Source: Gnetum montanum
Lineage: Eukaryota; Plantae; Gnetophyta
Assembly: GCA_015680685.1 (NCBI GenBank)
Contig: MNCI01003361.1
Span: 1 to 64,000 of the forward strand
Direction of reading: 5' to 3'
DNA: 64,000 nt
This document shows positions 12,386 to 26,149 of the stretch, piece by piece. The position numbers were made by a program, and so were the translations under genes. The first letter of the stretch is position 1, and every line of letters starts with the position of its first letter. Below the pieces are notes generated by a model, which searched no databases, had not been told where the DNA came from, and saw nothing but the letters and a program-made list of their open reading frames with translations.

Positions 12386-14121
12386 CTATACTTCAAGCCA
12401 TTAAATATTGGAGACATTACTCGCTAGGATTAGAGTTTCTTTTATTTACTAATCATAGAGCACTTCAATTTTCAAATTTTCAAAACAAATTAGGTGCCAA
12501 ACATATGAAATGGATAGAGCAACTACAAGAATTTCATTTTGTTTTGAAACATAGGAGTGGGAAGTCTAATGTTGTGACTGATGCTTTGTCTAGAGTTCAT
12601 GTTGTTTCTTCTAATGTGAAAGTTCAAGAATTTGAGTCTTTTGCTTCATTATATCCTAATGATAAGGATTTTGATGCAATTTGAAAAGAGTTATCTTCTC
12701 CATTATTAGGAGGGATAGATCAATGGAAATCTTATCATGTGAAGAATGGAATTTTTTTTAAGGATGGAAAAATTTGTATTCCAAAGTGTGATTTTAGGTA
12801 CAAACTCATTGAAGAGAAACATCAAAGTGACATGGCTGCACATATGGGCAAGACCAAGACATTGGAATTGGTGAGCAAAAATTTCTTTTGGCCAGGTATG
12901 TATACTGATGTGGTTAAATTTGTAAAAGAATGATATACTTGTCAAAAGTTCAAAGGAGGAAAAGGTGTACATGGTCATTATCTACCTTTGCCAATCCCAA
13001 ATGCTCCTTGGGAAAGTGTTTCTTTGAACTTTATTTGTGGAATTCCTAAGACAAAATTTGGTCATGATTTTATACTTGTTGTATTAGATAGATTTACCAA
13101 GATGGCTCATTTTATTCCATGCAAGAAAAGTAGTGATGCTTCCCATCTTGCATAGTTATTCTTTTAGCATGTTGCGAGGCTACATCACATTTCTTTAAAC
13201 ATTGTGTGATAGGGATATCAAGTTTACAAGTTAGTTTTCAAGATCACTTTGGAAATTACTTGGAACCAAGTTGTCTTTTTCCGTAGCCTATTGCCCCCAA
13301 ACCGATGGGCAAATTGAAGTTGTGAATAGGTCTCTATTGAAGATCTAGAGATGTTTGTGTGAGGATCAACCTCAAAGGTGGGAAAACATGTTGGCCCATG
13401 TTGAATTGTCATATAACAATGCTTCTCATTCTAGCATTGGTAAGAGTTCCTTTATGGAAAATTATGGGTTTTCACCATGAATGGTTGATGAGTTGAGAAA
13501 ATTTGAAGACTATGCCTCTTTGAGTTCAGACTTTGTTGAGCAAATGAGAGAATTACATCAGTAGCTTAAATCTTACTTGGAGAAAAAGACAAAGATTGTG
13601 TCTTCCAAAGCCAATGAGGGCAAGAGGACAATTAATTTCCAGATTGGTAATTATGTTTGGATTTACTTGAGCAAAGAAACACAAAAGAATGTGCACTTCT
13701 ACATGCTCAAGTCAAAGAGAATTGGTCCATTTCAGATAAGGGCCAAAATCAATCCAAATGCTTATGAGATTGACTTACCAAATGATGTGCCTATTTCTTA
13801 TGTTTTTAATGTTTCATATTTGAGCCCATACCATGGGAATGTGATTGCATCAGACTTGAGAAATAGTCTTGAGATCCTCAAAGATGCCCTTGAAGACTCG
13901 AACTTAGCCAAGCCACCAAGGAAAGCAATTGTGCTACAAGCAAGGGAGGTTAGGAGTACAAGAGGTAGAAAAGTGCATGAGTACCTGGTGCATTGGAATG
14001 AAGAAGGATTTGAAAATGCCATTTGGATCCATAAGAAAGATTTGGCTTTGTAGGGGCTTAAGGCTATCCCAAATGTACAACCAACTTGAGGGCAAGTTCA
14101 AATTCTTAAGGGTGGAAGAGA
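12386..14121 (+). pseudogene. Gypsy pol continuation: RNase H end, integrase (HHCC, core, GPF module), chromodomain, PPT
   Basis: KYWRHY..FTNHRALQ; HMGKTKT..FFWPGM; PWESVSLNF..VLDRFTKMAHFIPCKK; IGPFQIRAKINPNAYEIDLP; chromodomain-like EYLVHWNEEGFENAIW (ORF 13577-14053); purine run agggtggaagag at ~14109-14120. Confidence 0.92.
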
Positions 14122-14952
14122 TAATGAGGACATCACCCAACCCATGTCTAAACCTCAATATGTTTGTGCATAGATTTTTGTGTGTTGTTGTGGGTCTTTC
14201 AATGTTTTTTTGTTGATGATGATCTCAAGGTATTTTGACATGTTTGGGAGTGACTTGGGCCTATTTTGATGACTTTAGGATGTTTCGAGGGCTATGGGGA
14301 CTTGTTTGAAGGTGTTCAAAGGTTCTAGGCCTTGAAACAAGCATCTTTGTATTTTGAAACAAGCATCTTTGTATTTTGGCCTTGAAGAGGACATGTCTCA
14401 TCTACAAAGGAGACGTCTCATTTGTAAGTGAGACATCTCATCTACATTGTAGACATCTCTACTAAGACATCCCACATGATTTGAAGATGTCTACTTTGCG
14501 ACCTCTACACTTGTAAGAGACATTTCTTGTTTCTCAAAGATGTTTTCCATAGATTTTAACGAAATTAAATTGAATAATAAATTTGAGGAAAAATGAAGAG
14601 ACATGAGTAAAAGGTATAAATAGACCTATTGGCCCTTCAATTTGATCAAGAGAGTCTGAAGAGAGTCAAAAGAGAGTCTAAGGACAGAGAGGTGAGTGAG
14701 AGAAGAGTAGAGAGAGATAGAGTCTAGGCAAGGTGCCTTGATCATCATCCATGTGAGTGTGTGTTTTCTTTGATTGAGTGTGTGAGAGTTGGATTGAATC
14801 TCTTATCTATCCTTGGGAATTTTGCTTCCTTTCATATGTAAATTCTGCATTTGAGCAAGAATAAAGCTTTTATTTTCATTTTCTTGTTCAGATTTGCTAT
14901 TTTGTGACTTTGAGAGAGCTTGGATTGTGGAATCTATGGGAGCTCCTCATCA
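14122..14952 (+). repeat. 3' LTR of the chromovirus-like Gypsy
   Basis: Follows the PPT; termini t(a)atgagga...tcctcatca form an inverted pair; TATA box tataaata ~14615; internal 22-bp duplication (14332-14378) and agacatctca repeats; Copia gag resumes directly after it. Confidence 0.8.
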
Positions 14953-17284
14953 CTAAGAAACACCAAAGATCAACATACAAAAAAATTATTGTGTAGAATT
15001 CAATTTGATATATTTGAAATCAAAAGAGATGAAGACATTGAAGAGTTTTTTTACAAAGATGTACACCAACATAAAAAAATTGATGAATTTGGATGTGCCT
15101 TTACTCAACATAAAAAAGTATAGAAAATTATCGTAGCTCTTTACAATAATCCTAGATACCAAGACATGATGATGAACTTTCTACAAAATAAAGTAATCAA
15201 GAAACTCACTATGGATAATCTAGTTTCTTAAATTAAAACACTATAAAGTTTGAGAATTGACAAAAATGATAAAAAAAAAAACAAGTCTTCATAGCTAGTA
15301 GAGGAAGAGGAAGATTTAACAGAAGAGGAAGATTCAATAGAAGTTATTTTTAGGACCAAATCAACTCAAACAAGTTAGAAACTTTATAAAGAGATAACAA
15401 TGGTAGAGCTTTCATAACAGGAAGATGGAACTCACAAGGATAGAGATATGCTTAAATACTTGTATGCAAACTTTGTAATAAAAGAGGCCATACCATAGAA
15501 GTATGTTGGTATAACTCTAGACTTAATACTCTTCAACTCTAAGATAAAGATGAAGGAGCAGTGATATCAAATCAAGAAGATCATCAAGGTAAGATCAAAG
15601 CTCTCAATTCCAATGGATTATAGATAGTGGATGCTCAAATCACATAACACTATATATGTAGTACCCCTAATAACCATCCTCTAAAAATTAGTACAATTTT
15701 TTCTTTTCCAATACTCTAAAAACATGGGACTATACTTACATTAGTAACTAATAAGAATGTGATTTACAATGATGAGATGATTATAGGACCTATGTATCTC
15801 CTTTTCTCATTAGACTTAACAAATAGTTTATACGATGAGACCTTGTCACTTCTCATGATCCTAAGGATTGATACATCTATTGCATATCATCTATCTTTAG
15901 TATCATTATGATACCTTAAAAACTAGTTTTGTCCAAGGTGATTGCTAATACATTGCATTACGTGCAAAGCTAGAAAACATCAAACATTTGTGTGACTCAC
16001 TTGTTTCAAGTTTTATTTTACAAGTAGCACCAACAGATATGGTTGGATGTACTCCTTGTTCTCCACTATGTTTCCAATCATACAAGATCATTTATGCTAT
16101 AATAGGCTTCAAGCAATGATTGGGAATAAAAAATGTATAGGTTTCAACAACTTTGCCCATGCCATGTGGCGTTGCATTCCCACATTGATGGCTATCCAAC
16201 TCAAAGAATTTGGTTACCATCTGACTGTGAGTTGGGTTATCTTTAGGTTTTAAACTGCACAAACAAGGCTTGGCTCAACCATCATTTTTGGACTACACCT
16301 TACTATACCCTTAAGATAGGTGATAGGAGATCATATGTGAGGTGGGTACATACTTACAAATGACTCTTGCATCATTGAAAACCTTCAGGTATTGTGCAAC
16401 TTAACCCCCTTTGGTTCAATGACTCAAGATATTAAGTTGAAGCATATGTATGAGTAGGGTTGGATAGTGGTGCTTATCTCCACATCCAGGGCAAGGTGTG
16501 TACAAAATAAATAAATAATACAACCTATTCATTCAAGGTATGGGGATGAATATATATTATTATTATAATGATTAGTTAATGATCCCTAAAATACTACATG
16601 CTTCACATAATGCATCATCCATCAAATGCGTCATCCATCTAATTACTAACTATGAGTTTAGGTGAGTTGCTTATCTTGGGGCCCAAAGGGCTTCTAATCA
16701 TAATTCATGTCAGTGAATTTTATGGAAAGCAAATAAACATGCATGATCACACATATTTTCTTTCTTTTTTTTGCACAAATAGAATAATATGATAGCTAAT
16801 AAATAAATGGAGCTAGCACATTGTAGCAAAAATAAATAAACAATATTCACTTTGCATGAAAGAAAAATCTAACTATGACAAAATGTACAAACATTTATGT
16901 AATGAAAGATTTACTCCAAGGAGACCTCTAGCCTTCCAAAATGCAATATTCCCATCATATAAATGAAAGAAGTAATTGTGCATCTTAAGTGTATTTTAGA
17001 TGTCATATAAAAGCTAGCTCACATCATACAATGAAGAGAGTTACAATAGTTAGAGTTTGTCATAGGACAATTAGCCAATGTTTTCCTCTATTTTTAGACA
17101 TCGAAAATTGGGGAAACAACGTCTGAAAATAGGGCCTAAATTTTTAGCAATCAAATATGTGTTTAGGGAAGATGGAGGGCCTGAAAACAAATCTAAGATT
17201 ATAATCCAGAGCTCATGAGATTTGGGTTTTGAGAAGGTTTTATTTTGTTCCTTTTTTCCCTTAGCCTAAGGTATATTTTAGGCC

Positions 17285-18260
17285 TTTTTTGTAAAATGAT
17301 CAAGCATTCTATTATCAAAAAGAAGGTACAAGGAAGTAAACCCCATAGCAATAGGGGTACTTCACCCCTCCCCCAAGATGAGGAAGGGGGAGACGCACAT
17401 AAAATAGAGAAATAAACAACCAAAAAGGAAAGAAAACCCCAATCCTAATAACATCAAGAGGAAAAAAGGACCTCACCATGGAATTTGATCCCTCCTTGGG
17501 CCCTTCAACTAAGTGCACTCAAATCCATACTCAAAAAACTTGTAGCCCTGATAGGGCATCCTCTCTTCATTCTAGTAAATATCATCATGCAGTAGACTGC
17601 AGTATGCTAGTACAAGGATAGTTAGCCCTCTCTTGATTGTGGATGACATCCAGGACCTCTCGAAAGCACTTCGTAGTAATAAAATTTGCTGCTTCCTAGA
17701 ACTTATTGTACTTTTTCTATTGTTCTTATTGGGCTTCTTTAGAACCAACCTTATCCGAGTGAAATTTGGTAGTGATCCTTTTGATATGCATTCGAAGGCT
17801 AGTCTAGGAGATGTAGCAACAAACATCCATGACCTCGTAAGGGCAGCAACCCATTCGAAATCAACGCCTAGTGTTGGTTTCATGAATAGTCAACTGTCGC
17901 TACAGGAGATGCACCTCACAGATGGCCTTGGCCCATTGGGCCTTTTCTTCTCTCACTGGGCTAGTTCTTGCTCCTCACTATGCAGATCTAAGAGGATCTA
18001 TGCCCTAAGCTCCTCCTCCAATGTGCTTTTCTTGGATGCTTCCTGCAACTCCTTTGTTGATGCTCCTGCAAGGTAGTCTCTTACATCTGTCTCTCCACCT
18101 CCTACAACCTAACTCTAGTAGCCTCCTCATGTTTGTTAAGCTCTGTTGCCCAATCTGCCTACTCTTGCTCTCTTGCTTCTTGAATAGCGCAGAGCAAGAA
18201 CTAAGCCCTTGTAGCCCACACAAGAGATCACTGGCCCTGAATAGAATGATGGGGTTCATT
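17285..18260 (-). mobile_element. 5'-truncated non-LTR insertion, copy 1, encoding decayed coiled-coil plus J-domain
   Basis: Minus-strand A tail (t-run 17285-17290) with L1-type terminal motif; translation of 17845-17648 gives CPYEVMDVCCYIS*TSLRMHIKRITTKFHSDKVGSKEAQ*EQ*KKYNKF*EAANFITTKCFREVLD; TSD not found. Confidence 0.75.
17648..17845 (-). pseudogene. DnaJ/Hsp40 J-domain pseudogene segment (H-S-D from HPD at 17753-17761)
   Basis: Gap-free match to the canonical J-domain helix I-II (YYEILGV...IRKAYKRLAMKYHPD) and helix III-IV (FKEIKEAYEVLTD...R...D) pattern; CAC TCG GAT is one C>T from CAC CCG GAT. Confidence 0.8.
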
Positions 18261-21200
18261 TCTTTTATAAAACAAAAATGATCACAAAAAAAATATGAAA
18301 TACCAAGTGCACATGATAAAAGAAAATGCTAACTCATAAGCCCAAAACATGCATACCAAAAATCAAATCCAAGATACATGAGAGACTCCATGCATGACTC
18401 ACAACTTACAAGAAATCTTTTCGACCTTCTACCGCTCCATGGACCATAGTAGACAGAACACCAAGGAAAGCTCGATGAAAAACAAGTATAGGCAACTACA
18501 TCAACAGCCTATTACAGAGAAAGCTTTTTTTCTTGCTTTCTTTACTCAACCCTTTCTTTTCCATGCCTGCTTCTCTTATTCAATTCACGCTTTCACCTCC
18601 CTTTTGGTAATGCTACATCTGAGAATAAAAGTGAATTCCTCTTCGGTTTTGGCTCAACAAGTGAAAGGTAGAGTTACCCTAAAGCCTTCTTCATAGGGCG
18701 ATTTGTGAGAAATAGCAAGTAAAAGAGAGCTAGAGATCTAGAGCTAAATAAGAACTAGAAGCAATAGCTAGAGAACTATAGTATAAGAGGCTAGGGTTAG
18801 GGGAAGGACGAGGTTCAATTCCTTGTCCAATTATTGGTACTAGAGTGGTCTTTCTCATAGCATTGCTATAGGTAAGTCCCTTTTTGCAAAGGTACGTACT
18901 CGAGCTCCCATAAATGGTCCCCTCCCATCCAAGAACTCATCTCTTATATGATGAAACTAAGTCCATCAACTATATAAGAAGAGGAGATAGAGAGGTAGTA
19001 AGTTGCCTGCTTATAGCAAGTTCTTATGGGGCGTAGCTAAACCTTCTAAGGGACATCCTTCTATGTCAAAGAGATCTTCCCCTACAATGCCAATAGTTGA
19101 TAACTATTATTTGGATTAAGCCTGAGGCTTGGATAACAAATCTTAATTCTAGTATAAGTAGTTGGTCTCTACTAAAGAGGGTAAGCAAGACATAGCCCAG
19201 AAGCTCATGCATAGATTGACGAGAAGATGTATAGGATGACGATTTTCAAACTCATGTTTAACCACAAGGGGAAAAGACCTAGTTGAGAACAAGAATCAAA
19301 CCGGCGCCTTGATCGAGAGGACATTGAATCAACGATTAGCTAGGCCGTTAGAATCGTTACGGAGATTCATCCTACCTAATTCCTTTGGTAGGGCTATCTT
19401 CCAAGGTTCATCATATAGCTACTTGGGATTTGATCTATAGCATGCCACCCAATTACGACTACTAGTAGATAATGCCCTCATGAAATAATCCTCACTTGTC
19501 CAAGCCAGTACAACTTTAAACACCTACAAAAAAAGTTGCACAACAAGGATTTGAAATACACATCTTTAAAGTTGAACTTGCTCAATTTGGGGAGGGAGAA
19601 GAAACTTGAAAGTTGGATTGTTGTCCAGCCAATGGCCTCAAAAAATCAGCTTCAAATTGTAGGTCCAATGTGCTACCAAAATCCCCTCACAAAATCAAAG
19701 AAAACAATCCCTTAAATCAATCCCAAAAAGCTTCCAACAATAGTAGTAAAATCAACCTCCCAAGAGCCCACAAGAACACTCCAGACAACCCAAGAGATGG
19801 CTGAGAACAAGTAAGGAACAATCACTCTCTCTCCTTCCTTCAACTCCTCACCCCTCCAACTAGCATAATCTTCCCTTCCTTGGCCAAAAGTGAAAATACG
19901 AGTAAACATCCCCTTTATTTATAGGATGGAGGAGAGAATAAAGACTTGTGCACAAGAGTTTACACAATGGACAAAGAAAAGATAAGAAATTCTTTAAAAA
20001 TATTTTTTTTATTCATGACATCATTGCTACTTGACTTGGACATGCAAGCTCTCATGAGGGAGTAGACACGTAAAATTGACAACACTCTAGAGAAGCACAT
20101 GGCCCCTATTAAATGAGTCCTTTATCCCATTTCTAGCCATTAATATGAAGTGGATAATTTGCATATAAATAAAATAGATGTTATCATAGGCATGTCATGA
20201 AGCATACATTACCATTCCACATTGACTTTTCTCATGGTCCCACTTTTTTGTCTTGTTTTAAGTCACTTTTTAGTTTAAATGCTATGAGGGTTTCTAATTT
20301 ATTTTTGGCCTTTTATCTATTTTCCACATTTCCTATGATTTATCTAGTAAAAATCATTGATACTAAACTTTTTGTCCATCCAACATTTTACACATGCCAA
20401 GTTAGTCGTAACAAGCACAAACGTGCCATAACTACCATGCCAGAAATTAATATTTTAATTGAATCAAGGAAAATATTGTCCCACCGAATACCTTTTTAAT
20501 CATTCAACATTAAAATCTCAAAATCTAGGACTCAAATTGAAAAACCAATTGTAGATCTATACTTTGTGTAACTTTAAATTTTGATGTATTTTAATTAATT
20601 AAACATTTCATAATTTAATAATTCTAACTAAATGTCAAAATAAACCATGATTCCATATCATGTAAGTTTTCTAATATTATTTTAAAATAATGCTAGACTT
20701 TGTAATGCTCATTCATTAATAAAATATTTATATTTTTTAAAACTTAAAATTATAAAAATTAGAAATAAATTGTAATTTTGCTAATGTCACCCAAACAAAG
20801 GTATTCATCTTACTAAGAAGTATTAGTTACATCTACAAATATATATGAGCTTTAAAGCAAATTAAAGTCTAAGTATTTAATAGAGTACTAAGGTCACATG
20901 CACGAATGTGGGGCATTACAATACAAGTCTCACCTTCTTCAATATAAATAAAAAAGAATTGACAACACAAAAATAGAAGATGGTAACCATCTTAATATAG
21001 GAGTTAGAAACTACATCATCAAATTACCAAACAACAAGGTTATAGCCATTAGTGGTATCTTCTATGTACAAAATCTCTCAAATCATCTTATCTCAACAGA
21101 ACAAATGGTCAAGAAAGGAATCAAAATTAGCTTCAAATAACTGGTGCATTATTAAAAAGCAAAACAAAGCAGAAATCATTAGAACAAAAGCCTAAAACAA

Positions 21201-24200
21201 CAAAATCTATTACATAAATTGTAATCACTTTGATCTAAGAGGAAATCTAATCCAAGATAATAACCAAATGATTGTTTAGGTTATTACTTTAGAAAAAGGA
21301 ACACACAAAGACTCATATCAAAGCATGTCCAAGCATAACAAAACAAATGAAGAAGTCAAAATTTGGCACAAAAGATTGGGACACACCTATTATAACAAAC
21401 TAGGAAAAATGACAAAGTTAAAGAAAGAAACAAGAAGTAAAATCAGAGATACTCCCAAAGAAAAATGTAAAATATGCATTCAAGGAAAGCAAATCAATAG
21501 TCTTCACATAACTATGCAAAGAAAAGAAAGCCCTCTTGATCTTCTCCACATGGATCTCATTGGACCTATGCCTATCCCCTCTATAGGAGGACCTAATTAT
21601 ACACTTGTCATGGTAGATGATTTCTCAAGATATACATGGACATATAACACAAAGAGCAAGGTTGAGGTAATAATCAAATTCAAAGACTTCTACATTATTA
21701 TAAAAAATACTATGGGCCTATCCATAAAAGCCATTAGATCAGATAGAGGAGAAGAGTTCATCAATCAAGAATTCAAAGATTTTTGTACACATAAAGACAT
21801 TTTTCATTAAACCACATGTGGATATAGTCCATAATCAAGTGACATTATAGAAAGGAAAAACAGAACCTTGCAAAACATAGTGAGATATCTTCTTAAAAAT
21901 GCTCAAATCTACAATTTTTTGGGGTATGGTCATAAATATAGCAACCTACATTATCAAGAGAATAATCAATAGTAGCAACAATGACAAGTCTCTCTACAAA
22001 CTCTTCCACAGAAAAGTTCCAAATATAAAACACATAAGAACATTTGGATGTCATTATTATCTTAAAATTCCGGAGTACACAAATAAACTGGATAGTAGAG
22101 AAAAGAAGTGCATTTTTCTAGGATATGACACCAAGAGAAGTGGATATGCTTGCTATGATCCCATAGAGAAAAAATGGTACTCATTTAGAGATGTGGTTTT
22201 TATGAAAAATAAATTTGGCATGAAATATTTTCAAAATTCAAATGAAAGAACAAAAGTACAAAACAATCCCAAACCATGGATACAAAGAAATCATCCTCAA
22301 AAATAAATGTTAGACAATAACTTTGAGAGAAGAACAACTAGATCTAATGTCACTAGTACCATAGCATACTTAGCTCTCTCTCTTCAACCAAAGAAGGTAG
22401 AAGAAGCCTTAAGAACAAATACATGGAAAGAAGCTATGGATAAAGAATATGAGGCCATCATGAAAAAAAACATGGAAATTAGTAGATAGATTAAAAGGTA
22501 AAAAGGTATTTGATTGTAAACAACTGTACAAGACCAAATTTAATTAAAAATGACAAGTCATCAAACATAAAGCAAGACTAGTTGGAAGGGGGTTCAAATA
22601 AAAGTAGCACATAAACTATGAAGAGATCTTTGCTTCAGTAGCAAGATTCGAAACTATCAAATACATTCTCTCAATTGTTGCTCACCATAAACTTAAATTA
22701 CATTAGATGGATGTAAACTTAGCTTTTCTAAATGGTAGTATCAATGAAGAAATTTATGTTAATCAACTAGAAGGATACACCATGAAAGGTAAGGAAGACA
22801 AAATCTGCAAATTTAACAAATCCCTATATGCCCTAAAACAAGCTTGAAGAGCTTGGTTCCATAGAATCAATGGCTATTCTCTAAAAAAAGGATACTCATC
22901 TTGCATGTTTGAACCAACACTATGCTATAAATATGATAATAAGGACCTCATAATAATCTCTCTCTATGTAGATGATCTCATCTTCATAGCCACAAATGAT
23001 GAACTTATTGAGGACTTCAAGATAAATGTGAAGAATGAACTTGAAATAAAAGACCTAGGGGAGCTGAAGTATTTTCTTGGAATACAAGTTGACAAAGACA
23101 AGGAGGGAATTAAAATTCATCAAACAAAAGATGCAACAGCCATTTTAAAAAAGGACAAAATCAGCAAAGAAAAAAGCACCAATACTCTTCCTCACAACAT
23201 AAATCTAAAGAACAAAGAAAACACAACCATAGTTGATGTCACTTTGCACAGAAACACAATTGAGGTACTTAGATTTCTATCATACAATACTAGACCTAGA
23301 ATTTGCCATCTCTCTTCTATGAAGATTCATGTAAGAACTTAGACAATTTCATCTCAACGTTCTCATCCATGCATTTAGATATGTAAAAGGCATAGTAGCT
23401 CAAGGAATTAGTTATATGAAAGTAGATGAACAATTTCATGTTTATTTAGATGCTGATTGGGGAGGAGACCACAATGATATAAAATATACATCGAGATCAC
23501 TAATATTTCATGAAAATAATGCAATATATTAGAAGATAAAAAGACAGACATCCATCAGTCTTTCAACTTATGAAGAAAAATTTATTGCCATGAAAAAATA
23601 TACTCAAACACATTTTGTGGTTTTACAAACTCATGAATCATCTTGGTTTTCACATAGAACTCCCCATCAACTTATATTATGACAACACTGCAGTCATATA
23701 ACTCTCAGATGAACATGTTCTTCACAAAAAGTCAAAGCACATTGATATAAAATATTATTTTATCAAACAAGATATAAAGGGAAAACCCAAACCATTACAT
23801 GTATATACTAATGAATAATTAACAGACTAAGCCTCTTGTTTATTACAGAGCACCTTTGCAATAATTTAAGCATGAAGAAAACAACAAGGAAGGAAGATAA
23901 AGAAAACATTGCACACTAAAGGAGGAACTATTAACAAGGAGTGTCCAATGCTCTACTCACATGAAGAAAAATGTACCCAAAGTTAAAGTATTTTTATTTA
24001 TTTTTCAGTTGATGAGAAAATATAGACTATTTTCATCCCAACTCACCTTTATTTTGCATAAATTTCTTTATTTTCACTATGGGGAATAGCTTCTCAAGTT
24101 TCCCAAGTATGTCCCGAATCATTTCGTATAAATTGTAAGGACATACATGAATGAAATGACCTATTTTGAAAGCAATAAAGTTGACATTTGATTTTTTTTG

Positions 24201-25090
24201 CAATTTCATGCTTTTTCATATTTCTTTCTTCTCTCATTTACAAATTTATCACTAGTATCAAATTCCATGCTTACTTATCAATTCCTTGTTATTAGTCATC
24301 AGTGCAACCAAATTATCAAACAACCATCATATTAAATGCATTATCAAGATTTCAATATCTCATTTTCTCACAATCTTGAATTTCAGACATTCTAGAATTA
24401 TCACATCTAGAAGATCAAGAGTCAAAACTACATAAGTTGATAATTCAAGAAGAAGTTTATAACATACCATACAATGATTTTAAATTTACCATGATCTTTA
24501 GAGAAGAATCTACCAAAGAAACAAATGAAGCCCTACATTATAGTAAAATTCAAAATTTCTATGCATAATTATCCAATCCATGTTATGAAAGGTTTAATAG
24601 AAGAGCTTCTTAGAGAATTTTGGCATCTAAGCTTCTACTATTTGTTGAATTCAAATTGCCAAAGTTTGACTATGAGCCAGTGTCTCTTGCATATAGGAGC
24701 TACCCTCAATGTTGATTTTTATATAATTTTAATAAGAGTTTTAGGTTTGTGAAACTATCTTACAAGTATTTGAGGTTTTACTTTAGAACTGTGATGGGTG
24801 ACAATGAGGTAGATTTAGTTAGTATTAATCATGTCAATCTACTCTACATATTCAAAGACATCATCACTTTCAATAAATTTAACAAGTTGATAAACTCGTA
24901 GTTTCCATGGTCCTTTTTCAAGAATCATAGAAAAAATATGAAATTCATAATTTATGCTCATTATCATTTGAGAAAAAAGAATTAATACCACCTAGAATGC
25001 ACTTTGTTGCATTTATAAGTGCAGTTGGGAATAGAAATAAATTGGTTTAAGATCTTTCTTTAAAAATGAGATGAAGCAACAAATAAGATT

Positions 25091-26149
25091 CTTTTTCGAA
25101 AAATTTTCCGGAAAAAAATTATTATTACAAAGAAAAATATTTATAGAGAAATGGAAAGGTAGAAAGAAGGCCATTTCCAAGAAACCTGGGTGTCCTAGAC
25201 CCAGGGACCATCACCTAAAACAACCAAAATCTTTTAGGCTACACGACATTCGTAGCATCACCAAAACTATATCCAAACCACAACAAAAACAACCAAGACA
25301 AAAAATGCCAAGGGACAGCTACGACATGAAGAAATAAAAACCAAACCTAGATAAACAACCGATGGCCAGGACCTTGTCCCAACAACCAATAGAAAACAAA
25401 AGAAAACCAAACAAAAAAACCAAGAGGCCCACCCACACCCATCCCTAAGTGTGGCAGGCCATTTGGTCATGACAAATCGGAGATAGAGTGTAGGGCATCC
25501 AACTACATGTGGTACTCCTTAGAGTCCACAAAGGTGGTTGCCTCCTAGAAAATATTAAAGGCTTTCACCTTCCTAGCCTGGGAGATGGTGAACCCAATCT
25601 CATCCTAGTGTAATTTCACTGAGGCAAGCCTGATGTGGTAGCGAAGCTCCTGCCAAGAAATTGCACAATTAATTTGCGTCTGCATATACGGGCATTTTTT
25701 CATGTGCAACCAAGCAACGATATTAATCTTATGAGTCCATGTTAATTGTTTCTACCATTTGATGTCTTCTTGGGACTCACAAGATCTATGCTCATTAACT
25801 TCTTGCTCTAGCACTTCTCCTTGATATCTTTTTTGAGCTGCTCTTCAAGGGTAGCCTGTGCCCTCGCATCCTTAGCAAAACTTTGCTAATGGAGTGCCTC
25901 CAACTTCTCCTTGTGCCACATCTTCGTCTCATGAAGATGATGTTGGCAAAATTCTTCATGCACAACCCACTTAGCCTTCCACACACGACTCAACTAGAGC
26001 ATCTAAAGCTACCTTGTCATGAGCCAAACCCAACTGCACCTCGAACCCCACAAGGTCATTCCTGATTTGAATAGGCTCCTCTCTCGAATTCGCCATGACG
26101 GAAGGCCTCCCAGTAGCCATAAGCACCAAAACCACCATGGGCTTTCCAT
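25091..26149 (-). mobile_element. 5'-truncated non-LTR insertion, copy 2, coiled-coil plus J-domain
   Basis: 14-bp TSD caacaaataagatt (25077-25090, 26150-26163); minus-strand A tail at 25092-25096; GT-rich 3' UTR; no RT inside. Confidence 0.85.
25497..25694 (-). pseudogene. J-domain pseudogene segment (H-*-D at 25602-25610)
   Basis: CPYMQTQINCAISWQELRYHIRLASVKLH*DEIGFTISQARKVKAFNIF*EATTFVDSKEYHM*LD, colinear without gaps with copies 1 and 3. Confidence 0.72.

Larger units (their letters stand above)
15657..20920 (-). mobile_element. Long solo-LTR-like insertion (Tekay/Del-type termini) with nested inserts
   Basis: Termini tgtagtacccc / ggggcattaca; TSD atata (15652-15656) versus ataca (20921-20925); Copia protease frame rejoins across it; minus-strand TATA (tttatttatag ~19914); no gag/pol seen. 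Confidence 0.75.
14953..24251 (+). mobile_element. Decayed Ty1/Copia element (5' end not in window), interrupted at 15657-20920
   Basis: gag UBN2-like segment, CKLCNKRGHTIEVC knuckle ~15465, protease WIIDSGCSNHIT 15614-15650 rejoining 20921; WHKRLGH, HMDLIGP, RSDRGEEF (ORF 21325-21810), YVDD (ORF 22905-23342), DADW RNase H; PPT aaaggaggaac ~23918 and probable 3' LTR ~23929-24251. Confidence 0.88.

Noticed and set aside
17572-18281. ORF-track proteins 17633-18076 (+), 17572-17883 (-), 18005-18259 (-), 18021-18281 (+)
   Set aside because: They are antisense or off-frame shadows; the homologous J-domain frame is a different, stop-containing minus frame.
18805-19045. tRNA-like pieces (ggttcaattcc, ggggcgtagct)
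   Set aside because: They are in the wrong order and spacing, and no cloverleaf can be built.
24252-25076. PBS-like ctagtatcaaa after the putative Copia 3' LTR, suggesting a tandem element
   Set aside because: The match is too degenerate and no gag motif was recognised downstream.
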